NCBI RefSeq assembly: GCF_001194135.2
Contig: NC_068989.1
Span: 50,779,396-50,824,142 of the forward strand
Reading direction: 5' to 3'
DNA from: Octopus bimaculoides
Lineage: Eukaryota
DNA length: 44,747 nucleotides
A program made the position numbers and the translations under genes. This document shows, piece by piece, positions 25,337-36,880 of the stretch; the stretch's first letter is position 1; the number at the start of each line of letters is the position of its first letter. Below the pieces are notes generated by a model, which worked only from the letters and a program-made list of their open reading frames with translations, searched no databases and had not been told where the DNA came from.

Positions 25337-25550
25337 CTGTTATCTTTATCTTGTTTCAGCCACTAGACTGCGGCTATGATGGGGCAACGCCTTGACGAAT
25401 TCGTTAGTCGAATGAATCAACCTCAGTATTTATTTTTTGTTAAGCCTAGTACTTATTATATCGCTCTCTTTTCTTGAACCGGTATCTTATGCGTACGTAA
25501 ACACGCCAACCCTAGTTGTCAAGCATTATTGTGGGACAAGCACAAACGCA
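25337..25550. mobile_element. SINE fragment (same family as 31795-31935)
   Basis: Shared blocks GTACTTATT..ATCG.TCTCTTTT...GAA.CG...ACGTAAACAC.CCAAC..GGTTG.CAAG...TG..GG.GACAA.CACAAAC with the 31795 copy. Confidence 0.7.
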
Positions 25551-25574
25551 AAGTCACATTCCCATATATGGAAG

Positions 25575-25625
<51 letters not shown>

Positions 25626-27408
25626 NNNNNNNNNNNNNNNNNNNNNNNNNNNNNNNNNNNNNNNNNNNNNNNNNNNNNNNNNNNNNNNNNNNNNNNNNNN
25701 NNNNNNNNNNNNNNNNNNNNNNNNNNNNNNNNNNNNNNNNNNNNNNNNNNNNNNNNNNNNNNNNNNNNNNNNNNNNNNNNNNNNNNNNNNNNNNNNNNNN
25801 NNNNNNNNNNNNNNNNNNNNNNNNNNNNNNNNNNNNNNNNNNNNNNNNNNNNNNNNNNNNNNNNNNNNNNNNNNNNNNNNNNNNNNNNNNNNNNNNNNNN
25901 NNNNNNNNNNNNNNNNNNNNNNNNNNNNNNNNNNNNNNNNNNNNNNNNNNNNNNNNNNNNNNNNNNNNNNNNNNNNNNNNNNNNNNNNNNNNNNNNNNNN
26001 NNNNNNNNNNNNNNNNNNNNNNNNNNNNNNNNNNNNNNNNNNNNNNNNNNNNNNNNNNNNNNNNNNNNNNNNNNNNNNNNNNNNNNNNNNNNNNNNNNNN
26101 NNNNNNNNNNNNNNNNNNNNNNNNNNNNNNNNNNNNNNNNNNNNNNNNNNNNNNNNNNNNNNNNNNNNNNNNNNNNNNNNNNNNNNNNNNNNNNNNNNNN
26201 NNNNNNNNNNNNNNNNNNNNNNNNNNNNNNNNNNNNNNNNNNNNNNNNNNNNNNNNNNNNNNNNNNNNNNNNNNNNNNNNNNNNNNNNNNNNNNNNNNNN
26301 NNNNNNNNNNNNNNNNNNNNNNNNNNNNNNNNNNNNNNNNNNNNNNNNNNNNNNNNNNNNNNNNNNNNNNNNNNNNNNNNNNNNNNNNNNNNNNNNNNNN
26401 NNNNNNNNNNNNNNNNNNNNNNNNNNNNNNNNNNNNNNNNNNNNNNNNNNNNNNNNNNNNNNNNNNNNNNNNNNNNNNNNNNNNNNNNNNNNNNNNNNNN
26501 NNNNNNNNNNNNNATATATATATATATATATATATATATACCTGTATAAGCACTTGCAATCACGTGCATAAAAACACACATAACTGTTCCATGCGTACCT
26601 ACTCTATATTCATATACATTAGAATTATACTGTTGAAACAGCCCAATAATATCAGATAATATCAGTTCGGCGTAAACACAATACGTTAGATATTGTTCTA
26701 CGGAAGAGTGAGCAAAAGTCATGCACTGTTGCAGAGATCACCTGCTCGGCATGTGTGAATGTTTCCTTAAACATACGGGGAAAAGAGAAAATCTTGGCAA
26801 TTTTGCATTAGGATATAGATTTTCATTGGTGTAGTGGACAATATAGCAACAGATTTGCGTAAATGCCTAGAAATGCTTGGATTTTTCGAAAAGGAGAAAC
26901 CATATTGATTCGCACTTTGCAAATGCAATGGACTAATGGTAAACTGAAAATTTGTAAATCATTGGAGGAGTTCTGCATCTAATGATCCCGGATTAAACAC
27001 ATGCATGCATTCGTATATGCATATAGAATATATATACAGGGATACACACAAACGCACAAATGAGCATCATGCGCGGACACACACGTAACGTAACGAAAAG
27101 TAAACACTTTTATAACAAATGTGATTTCACCTCTCTAGTATGTCGATGAGTCATTTATTTCTCGGTGGGCTGCAGACGTATAGATAAAAGGTAGCGCACA
27201 TAGTTTTCACTCAAATACACACGCTCGCATGCACACATAGAAGAACGCAAACACACACCCACACACACACACACACACACACACGCGCGCATAAACTCAC
27301 ATACGCTCACACACACACACACTCATAGACAGAGTCACGCATTCACACAAACACACGCACGCACAAATGCACACACGCACCCACACAAACACAAAAATAT
27401 CATGACTA

Positions 27409-27439
<31 letters not shown>

Positions 27440-27559
27440 ATCTAGATAAATAAATTCAAAAAAAGGATAAAACTCTTTTACAAGAATTTTATCAAGAAGC
27501 CAGTGTGTAAAAAAATTCATGAGGGAAACTTCTATTCCCAAGAATATAATTATTCGTTT

Positions 27560-27986
27560 ATATTTATATAAAGGGCATTATTACAGAAAAATAATAACGC
27601 CACACAGTGGACTTCTCAAAATAACCACGTTTAGTACCTAATGCGAGGAAAAAACAACCAACAGAAGATGACCAACTTTCTTTTAAAATAAACTTAATTG
27701 TGTATCGACCGATTTCGCGATTACTAGAATGAATCTAGATTTCGTTCATTAGCACAATATTGTCTCAAAAATATATATAAATAAACGGAATTCTCACCTC
27801 ACCAAAACCGAACAACTAGGTATCCGACAGAGTAAAGGGAATGAAGTTTATCTGTTATTTTAAAAGCAAGTTGGTCATCTTCTGTTGGTTGTTTTTACCT
27901 CGCATTAGGTACTAAATGTGGTTATTTTGAGAAGTCCACTGTGTGGCGTTATTATTTTTTTGTAATAATGCCCTTTATATAAATAT
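27560..27986. mobile_element. Fold-back element with 132-bp inverted arms and an internal hammerhead-like motif
   Basis: Arms 27560-27691 and 27855-27986 are reverse complements with 4 mismatches in 132 nt. No ORF. Right end abuts a (TATC)n tract. Confidence 0.9.
27697..27758 (-). ncRNA. Hammerhead ribozyme-like motif (type I, two core substitutions)
   Basis: Minus strand: ATTGTG-CTAATGA-ACGA-AAT-CTAGA[TTCAT]TCTAG-TAA-TCGC-GAAA-TCG[GT]CGA-TA-CACAAT. 6-bp stem I, 4-bp stem III, AUA triplet. G5 and G10.1 both read A. Confidence 0.62.
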
Positions 27987-28007
27987 CTATCTATCTATCT
28001 ATCTATC

Positions 28008-28033
<26 letters not shown>
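27984..28033. repeat. Perfect 50-bp palindrome formed by (TATC)n switching to (GATA)n
   Basis: Centre TCT|AGA at 28008/28009 with 25-nt arms. Confidence 0.9.
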
Positions 28034-28046
<13 letters not shown>

Positions 28047-28543
28047 CAAATACTGATTTTTGAAATATATTCTTTATTCTTGCTCTCTTAATTACTGACA
28101 GGAAATTTCCCGACATTTTACCTCATAACAGTTTTTCTACTAAATTTTGTTCAATGCGACTATTGATTGTGAATTCCTCATGCATTTTGCTATCTTTAAG
28201 CCTAAGAAAAATATACTTTGAATCTAAAATTAAAAGGTTTATGTTAATTGAAGGTTAATAGGTGCTGTCCCTCTTGAGGTCGCAGATATTTTGATGTAAC
28301 TTCTTTTTCTACTGAACCAAATCTCAAAGTATTTATGCCAAAGTGTAGCTTGATGATGTGTCCTTTTCAAACTGTTAAGAGTTTGCAATTTAGTTGAGAA
28401 CGGAATTAATGGTGAAGCTTGGAAGCTACTAAGATCGACGAAATGGTGGACTTGATATATTCAACCACTACTGTGGTTGGATGGTTATAGTTATACTTTA
28501 AATATATATGGGTATATATTTTTATTCATGAATTCTGTTCCTA

Positions 28544-28585
<42 letters not shown>

Positions 28586-28690
28586 CACGTACACATCTGT
28601 GTGCACACTTACATAGTGTAATTTTCCGTGATGGTAAGTTCAACAATAAGTATTCAATCTGGTGAGAGATAAATATAATTTAATGAACAT

Positions 28691-28774
28691 GTGTTAGTAA
28701 TAGTTTCATTCGCCGAGAACAGACCAAGCATTGTTTTATAATATGTCTGCTGTCCCGGATCAATCTTCAGACAC
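28691..28774 (-). ncRNA. Degenerate hammerhead ribozyme-like motif
   Basis: Minus strand: GTGT-CTGAAGA-TTGAT-CCGGGA-CAG-CAGAC[loop]GTCTG-TTCTCGG-CGAAT-GAAA-CTA[T]TAC-TA-ACAC. One substitution away from an ACTA-T-TAGT stem III with a GUA triplet. Confidence 0.45.
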
Positions 28775-29478
28775 TGCCCACATGGCATAATGAAGTAAAA
28801 TTCGTATCAGAAAATGAGTGAAGAAACGCCAGGATGAAGCACATATAAAATTGGAGGGATGAAAAATGTGAAAACGAAAAAGTAATCAGAACGAAAAAAA
28901 CAAAACAAAAAAAAGCAACAAAAAACAAAGGAGAATAACAGTTACTTCCGTGTAAATTGCACAGCTGAAAAAAAAAAAACAGTGGATAACAGGAACTACG
29001 GCATATGCTTACAACCGCTGAAAATTTTGTATCTAAATTTTAGCAGTGAGTTAGATTTCTTAAATCTGAATGGGGTGTAAATAGAAACATGTAAGCTATG
29101 CGTAACTGAATATCTCAGATCCTTTTCAGATCTATGAACTCTAACACATTGCTGAACTCTAGATTCGAAATGTCCAGCGGTTGCAAGCATATGCCTAAGT
29201 TTTAGTTGAAGAATTTATAATTACCTTCCCCGCTGGATTAATAACTACCATAAGCTGTATGCCAACATCTTTTCAGTTTTATAGTTTACGGTCGAAGGGG
29301 GAAAAAAACCGTATTCCCCTTTCAATTATTTTCTTTTCCTTCTGGTTAGGGTTTTTGTTTTCCGATTTTTCAAACCGCCTCATCTTATATACGTTTCCTT
29401 CTCGCGTTTTCTCACTTTTTCACACGCTCTATTTTCAATTCGTTGTGCCATGTGGGCAGTGTATGATGATTGTTCTGG
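28750..29478. mobile_element. Old ~730-bp diverged palindrome, probably inverted Penelope-like terminal repeats
   Basis: Reverse-complement matches: 28755-28790 with 29441-29478; ~28810-28895 with ~29325-29420; GGCATATGCTTACAACCGCTG (29000-29020) with 29175-29195 (1 mismatch); 29021-29070 with 29125-29174. Right arm runs into the gap at 29479. Confidence 0.75.
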
Positions 29479-30145
29479 NNNNNNNNNNNNNNNNNNNNNN
29501 NNNNNNNNNNNNNNNNNNNNNNNNNNNNNNNNNNNNNNNNNNNNNNNNNNNNNNNNNNNNNNNNNNNNNNNNNNNNNNNNNNNNNNNTATATATATGTAA
29601 ACGTATGTGTGTATATATGTGCGTGTATGTACATATGTCTGCAAAAGCGTGAGAGAAAGAAAAAAAGAAAGACAGTGAGATAAGAAAATAAGGAGTGCAA
29701 TTAGAAGTATTAAAAAAATGCTGCAAAATTTTTCCAGACATCGATTTTATCTTTTATCTCTGAAGATACTTCTTCTCTTATTGAATGTTTGTGTTGCCAG
29801 AATACACTGAAATGACTAAGAAATGCCAAAGAGTAAAACGAAGCCGCTGGGTGATATCTTTCAGTTATAAATGAACATTTTAAATATTCAAAGATTCTTT
29901 AAGGACACATTATTTATGCTTCAGATATATGAGCTTACATATTTAGATTAGGATTCTTTCAAATACATGAAAGTATTATAAATGTACATTTGATAGAAGA
30001 CTATTTCTTCCGTATTAACTATTATGAAACAGAAACCGCTGCTGCTATGGTTGGTACTGCTATTGGAGGCAGAGTTACTACTACTGCTGCTGCTGCCACT
30101 ACTACTATACTACTACTACTCCTGTTGATATTAATATAAACTACA

Positions 30146-30350
30146 ATAATCCTTTCTACTGGAGGCACAAGACCTCAAATTTGATGGGGAAGGAGCTAGT
30201 GGATTACATCGACCCCACTGCATAACTGTTACTTGCTTCATCACGGCAAAATCGACCTCGGTGGAACTTGAACTCAGAACGTAGCGCCAGACGAAATAAC
30301 GCTAGGTATTTCACCCGGCGTGCTAACGGTTCAGCCAGCTTGCCGCCTTA
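30146..30350 (-). mobile_element. tRNA-derived SINE
   Basis: Minus strand AGGCGGCAAGCTGGCTGAACCGTTAGCACGCCGGG...GAGTTCAAGTTCC...GGGGTCGATGTAATC. Homologous to 30487-30685 and 36228-36414. Confidence 0.85.
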
Positions 30351-30486
30351 ATAGCAATTAAAATGATATTGTTTTTCTTCATTCTTATTAGCTCTTGCTT
30401 TTTGAAAACATCCTAAAATGTTCAAAGTTCTAGTGAGATTCTCGCTATAATTATTCATTATTAATCGTTTTGAAGTAGAATTTTGT

Positions 30487-30685
30487 GAGCTGTCAGAATC
30501 GTTAGCACACCTTAGGGGCATTTCGTCCGTCTGCACGTCCTGCATTCAAATTCCGCCTTGGTAGAATTTACCTTTAATCCTCTTGGGATCGATAAAATAA
30601 GTACCATTTGAACACTGGGGTTCACGTAATCGGTTTAGGCCCTCCTCCGAAACTAAAGTCTTTGTCCCAAATTTTGAAACCATTA
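30487..30685 (+). mobile_element. tRNA-derived SINE
   Basis: GAGCTGTCAGAATCGTTAGCAC...TTCAAATTCCGCC...TCGATAAAATAAGTACC...AATTTTGAAACC. Same family as 30146-30350, opposite orientation. Confidence 0.82.
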
Positions 30686-31132
30686 ATATTAATATTCTTC
30701 TTCTTATTATTTAGTAATCTTATTTTTATCATTTGCTTTCCCTGTACTACTGACCTGTATGTGCTCTGATTTATTTTGGTCTTGTTATTTTCACAGTAGT
30801 GAAAGTGTTTTACGTAGGATGTGTGCGGTGCCTAGTAGTGCTATCTAATACGCAAGTCTTGCTGTTTTTCTCATGTGTTTGTTCGTCTACATATTTTTTT
30901 AATCATACCAAACCCACCTGTTATTATAGGGATTGATTTTGTCTTTAAGCTCCACATTCGAGTTGTCGCTGTTTCCAATTTTTTTGTATTTTGAGAGTTT
31001 CTCTATTTCTTTTGCAGAAGCATTTTCACCTTTTGGGAATAATACGTCGATAAAAAGGCTATTATCATCGTCCAAAATCATTTATTATTATTATCCTCCA
31101 AAATTGCTGTCCTTGTGGCAAAATTTGAAACT

Positions 31133-31176
<44 letters not shown>

Positions 31177-31194
31177 CGTTATTATTATTATTAT

Positions 31195-31745
31195 TGTTAT
31201 TATTGAATGAAAGAGCAGGGCATGCCAGCAAATTGACACAGATAAAATATACGAAACCTCATATCCCAATCATAACTACCCGTCTGGTAAGGTACACCAG
31301 GCACATGCATCACAGACATATATACACGAAATGGTGATCTCATATCAAGATAAACAGCACATGACCTTGCACGCGGAGCCCAGTTAGAATTTTCTTAAGG
31401 TCAAGTAACCTATCCCGCTCAAATGGTCCTTGAATACAAGTTGTTTAATGATAGTTAAGAGGTGAATTATTCAAACTCCAAATAATTCCTCTCAACACAG
31501 GATTGTGATGCTCTCCCACGACTTCTGTTAGTGATCAGATATGCACATATCGTCAGCCAACGAGGAACATGTTCATCTGGTTACGTTCAAACAGGTTACA
31601 AGCAAATCTGTGGTACTGAGCAGACTATTTGCTGTAACCCATCTTTTAAATCAAGACAAAACATGTACACGATAACGCTTCCAGTCAGTTATGATCAGAA
31701 GCCACGAGAGCCCGTGCCGGTTACTTGCGTCAGGGTATTTAATAT
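31195..31745 (-). mobile_element. ~550-bp interspersed repeat, copy 1 (probable non-autonomous retroposon with (AAT)n tail)
   Basis: Collinear with 44005-44550 (ACTACCCGTCTG, GCACATGCATCACA, GATCTCATATCAA.ATAAACAGC.CATGACCTTGCA, CCTATCCCGCTCAAA.GGTC, GTGATCAGATATGCACATA, AAGACAAAACATGTACA). Abuts (ATT)n. Confidence 0.85.
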
Positions 31746-31794
31746 TCTCTTATTTGTTTCATTCATTTTAACTGCGACAATGCATGAGTATTGC

Positions 31795-31935
31795 AGGACT
31801 TATTCTTTCAACCCCAGGACTTATACTTTCGGTCTCTTTTGCCGAATTGCAAAGTTACGGTTACATAAACACACCAACATCGGTTGACAAGTGATGGTGG
31901 AGGTGACAAACACAAACATGGACACACGCACACAC
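31795..31935. mobile_element. SINE fragment (same family as 25337-25550)
   Basis: CCCCAGGACTTATACTTTCGGTCTCTTTTGCCGAA...TAAACACACCAACATCGGTTGACAAGTGATGGTGG followed by a (CA)n run. Confidence 0.7.
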
Positions 31936-31952
31936 AAACCCACATATTCATG

Positions 31953-32025
<73 letters not shown>

Positions 32026-32160
32026 NNNNNNNNNNNNNNNNNNNNNNNNNNNNNNNNNNNNNNNNNNNNNNNNNNNNNNNNNNNNNNNNNNNNNNNNNNN
32101 NNNNNNNNNNNNNNNNNTATATATATACATATATATATATACATATATACATACACCTAT

Positions 32161-32212
<52 letters not shown>

Positions 32213-32231
32213 ATGTATATGTATACATATA

Positions 32232-32357
32232 CGACTGGCTTTTTTCATTTTCCTTCTACCAAGTCCTCTCCCAAGTATTTAGCGTGTCCGTAGTTTTAGT
32301 AGAAAGCACTTGCCCAAGGTGCCCCATAACATTCCAATCTCAACCCGTAGTGGTTGG
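32232..32357 (-). mobile_element. SINE core fragment
   Basis: TAGTAGAAAGCACTTGCCCAAGGTGCC (reverse complement GGCACCTTGGGCAAGTGCTTTCTAC) resembles a CORE-like SINE motif. Confidence 0.55.
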
Positions 32358-33060
32358 TATTTCTCAATTTTTTTTCTGATTCCTTACATTCGTCCTCGAA
32401 TCGCCTGGTATTGCAATATCTATTAAATAGTATGTAAATTAGCAGTGCATAGTGCATTGCGTGTAATCTCAGTAAAGCCCTATGTCTTGTCGAAGGTTGC
32501 TTAGCTGATCTCTACCACAAAAAGCTAGTTACGTTCTTCAGTGTGGTAAACAAACAATGCCTGGCCTATTATTTCCTTGATTCTATCAGCCGTCTCTCAG
32601 TAGACAGTGATTTCTCAAAGTGTTGGACAATACACTCCTAGATACACAAATATTAATATATTATCTTCAACCCTAAAAGATCTTACTTTAAAGTTGAAGA
32701 CTATTTTCGTGACATGCACTCGATTCTAACTTCCATATAAGTGTTTGTTTTGTGGTATATTTAACTGAATTAAACAATTGCAATCAAATTGTTGACGTCG
32801 GAATCAACAGCAATTTTACAGTGTTATACAATTGTAAGAAAGTCTTTATAGTTATTTTCGTTGAAATTGAAGTGTTACTTACTTTTTTTTTTTTTTTGAT
32901 AGAGTCTTACGACACAGATTAGAACCATGTCTGTGGTGGACAGAATATTCCATTAGGAAATTCAAGGTTATGCTAAACCTGACAAATATTAATATCGATA
33001 ACGATATAAAAATAGATATTTCACTCCTACATTCTCCTATCGATTTTGTTTCTTCTGCAG

Positions 33061-33225
33061 ATTACCGTACCATATACCTTACTCTACTTTCTACAAAATT
33101 TCTTTTTACCAGATCTCCCATGGTGAGACTGACTTCTCTATAGACAGACGCTTCACCGCGGGTTCTACTCCGACAGGTTCGCAAATACTCACGTTGCCTG
33201 TGGAGAAAGAATTTTTGTCACAGAT
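33061..33225 (+). CDS. Candidate internal coding exon (165 nt, symmetric phase), unknown protein
   Basis: Acceptor TTTTGTTTCTTCTGCAG| and donor |GTAAGC. Only one frame is open throughout: LPYHIPYSTFYKISFYQISHGETDFSIDRRFTAGSTPTGSQILTLPVEKEFLSQ. No partner exons or homolog identified. Confidence 0.35.
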
Positions 33226-36200
33226 GTAAGCAAATGTGTGGCAGGCTAGCAAGCATCTGAAATTTGCAGTCCAATAATGACTGGTCATGAAGCTACGGTT
33301 TATTTTAACTTATATGCATTTTCCCCGAGTTTAAGATAGCTAAATAAACTTCGACCAATTTCGTGAGCCTTGCAAATAATGGGTAGATGAAATGCATAGC
33401 TACAAATCAATAAAGATTATACTTGGCGAACCATTGTAGCCTAAAACTTTACAAGTGACAGCAGTCTATGCGATTGAACGCTCGTCGCAAATACTGAAAC
33501 ATTGTTATTAAAGGAACCCTTTAATCAGCTAGAGAGGATGCAAGGCGCGAACTTACACTAATGAAATATCTCAAATAATATACACATATATGAAGTGAAC
33601 TTTTCATTCAGCTTATCTAACACAAGACACGTGCTTGACACACACAATTCTGCTCAGGTTCATTCTCAATTACATCATAGGGAAATTATCCGTTCTAATC
33701 GCGTGACATTGAAAATGATATTTTATTAATATCCGGATGTAGCGTTTTACTGTTATCAACGTTGTCATTTCCAAAACTCTATATTGGTGACTATTTCCAA
33801 TCTGCATTGACAAAGTGCTTTATTGAATATAAGTAATGCTGTTTTATATTAACTGAAGTGTCAGTTTTCTCTTAACGTATGAACTGCTGTTAATATCAAT
33901 TTGCATTGCATATCACTGTTATATAATATTTAGAATAATTATTGTGCCTTCTATACAGAACAGGTCTAAGAATACAGGTGGAAAATGTAGAAACGTAACT
34001 GTACGTGTTGCAAATATAATTACGATGCATTTCTGCACAACCATCAAGTAACATTTTATTACCTCCAGGTTTAAACGGGTATCTTATGTTTTATCTCCTG
34101 ATCCTCACTCACATGCCTCTGTTCACATATATACATACGAGCTGTTTTGTGTTAATGTTTTCTTATATAATTGTGCACATGTAGTGGCAAGTATGTATCT
34201 GATTACTGAGAAAATGAGAATTACCATATATATACATATGGATGGCGGTCTGCACACATATTCACATATGTTTACTTGCTATATATGCTTTTATTCATAT
34301 GCAACTACGCAAGTCCATTGGATCTCTGTGAATGTCATAAGCATATACTTATTATCACCCACCACAAGACCATGCACTCTTATAAGTATGTGCACGCACG
34401 TGCGTGTGCGTGCGTGCGTGTGCGTGCGTGCGTGTGCGTGTTTATATGCGTGTGAAAACTAGATTTGAAGTTAACTTTCTGCAGTTTCACTGAATTGTTT
34501 GCCTAATATGTGTGTGTGACTGTGTGACTGTACGTGAACACATGCTGGCTAGCAGGCTCATTTCAGATACTCTTCTGTATACGTGTAAACAAACATTGAT
34601 ATACTATTATATAATACAGTAACCTACCCAAGTCTGACCTTCAACTGACCAAATAAAAGTTTCTGATATACTGAGCAGCAATTCGAAATTTCTCTTTCGT
34701 TTTCTTTCACTTCTTCATATTTTTCGTATTTTCGCTCCCCAACTGCAGCCTTATTCCATATGAAACATTCTTATCTTCTCTCTTTCCTCCATCTCTTCTG
34801 AAACAACACACTTGTTTACCATCTTCAGTAAATTCATCATATTTATCTCACAAACACTATCCTAAATCTACTCAACTGACTTGAATTTCGTATCACTGCA
34901 TTTCCAACATATATTTCTCACTAAATAGTTTAGTAATACTTATATCAATTACTGCATTTACTGCCAACTTACTCGCACATCCTTTCTTCGTACATGTTCT
35001 GCTTTTTCTCAGGTCCTACTCTATTCATCATAAGTTGTCCTATATCTTTAGAGTTCTGACCCACTGGAATGCAACAAACACTTTTTTCTGAAGCTTACTT
35101 CTTTTGACGATCAAGAGAAACGTTAATAGCATTAGTGTTACCTGCCTCAGTGCATCTTGAAAAAGCAGCAAGTTTGTACAATTTTTAAGGGTCAGCTTCA
35201 TCACAAATTATGGCACAGTGATACTACCTACGAATTTCGCTATGGATACCAGCAAAATATTTTGCTTACATATAATTGAATGACAAGGTACTTCAGTTGA
35301 CTAAACATCCATTATAATGATTGTCGAAATCGACGGAAAACCAGCTAAAGCTGTTAAAAAAATTGAAATTGCCCCCGTGGATTTTCCAATTTTGTAGAAG
35401 CAATGCTTCTTGACATTTTAGTACCGTGTAAAATGGATATTTTGTAGTGCAACGCAATAATTTCTCGAAATTGTGGTGGACGCATTGGAATTAATCAATT
35501 GTTTTATAGTAGAAAGTAATAAATCAGGCAACCACTTTTGTGATTTTAATAGCAGCTTATTTGAAAACGAGATCTCACTTTCACCGATAAAATAATGCAG
35601 CGAAGTAACATAGAACGGAGCAAATTAATATGATGCTCTCGTTCAACGGGTATATCATATGTTAATCAATGAAATCCCCAAACGGCAATATGGTTGGTTT
35701 TGTTATACCTTGTTCATTTCATTATTGCCTTGAAGTCAATTTTCTCGGCATCGATCTCTAAATGTATTCATCAAGGGAGTTGAGAGAATACTTACGACAA
35801 ATATATCTGGGGTGATTAAATTAACCTGCATCATTCTTCACAAATGAGAGTATTGTGTTTTCCCAAAATTAATCATGACTAATCATACATATTTAATCAT
35901 CTAAACCAAAACTGCTCATAAATTGAATTTAGGCAATCTATTTTCGAAAATTAGCCCTTTAAAAATAAGCTGATAAAGACATACTAGAACATACTAAAAT
36001 ACATGCACACCAACTCTCTCACACACACAGGCATACATGTATAAATACGCGTCAAATTCTCATGAGTCTTCAGGTTTTGACACTAATAATCTACATGATG
36101 CCGTTTTAGAATAAATATTCATTTTTTTGCAAGACGCAAAGTATGTTGAATTAACAAAAGTGTACATTTACTAGGTCACACATTTTCTCAATGTTCAACT

Positions 36201-36227
36201 GCAGCAAAGTTGTGTTTGACGTAGAAC

Positions 36228-36414
36228 TTTTGGTTTCAAATTTTGGTATAGAGAGTGTAAGTCTGTTGCTTCGACCTCAATGTTCAGGTGATAATTATTT
36301 TGTCGACCTCGACAAAGTTTGTTTCAGTGGAATTTGAGCACAAAACGTAAAGATTAACAGAAATGACGCTAAACATGTTGCCCGACTCCTAACGACTCTG
36401 CCAGATCGCCATCT
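36228..36414 (-). mobile_element. Diverged tRNA-derived SINE
   Basis: Minus strand ATGGCGATCTGGCAGAGTCGTTAG...CTCAAATTCC...GGTCGACAAAATAA...CCAAAATTTGAAACC. Same family as 30487-30685. Confidence 0.75.
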
Positions 36415-36880
36415 TTATCGAGGTGGAAATATTAACAACAAGTATATTAATTTATATCCTACATTCTTTAAGAAAGGGTCGACGAAGTTTATAATGAAGT
36501 TGAACACCCTCACAAAAATAGCATAATTTAAATCCTCCTCTGAGCACTGATAGAGAAATAATCATAGCTATAATAATAAAAGATCCGATGATATAGAGAC
36601 TGTATTTTCATTTATTCATGCACACACATACACACATACACACATATGTAAACATTATCTTCCGTTTTGGTTCAGGTACGTGAGTTTGATAAACAACAAA
36701 CACATTTTTCTGTACCTTTCGCCTTGTATCTGCCAAGTGAACCATAACTGTCCTGAATCTTATTTGCCACAGAGGAATTAGCAGGCTGAGAAAAACAGCA
36801 AGCTGATGAGCCAGCCAATGAATAATTTGAATTCTTTGTCTTTTAACTCCAAAATGCTGTGTAAAACTAGGAGTCCTTTT

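Noticed and set aside
2163-26722. Long ORFs in the track (2163-2849, 5033-5531, 11039-11691, 18035-18808, 25437-26722 etc.)
   Set aside because: They are open only because they span N gaps.
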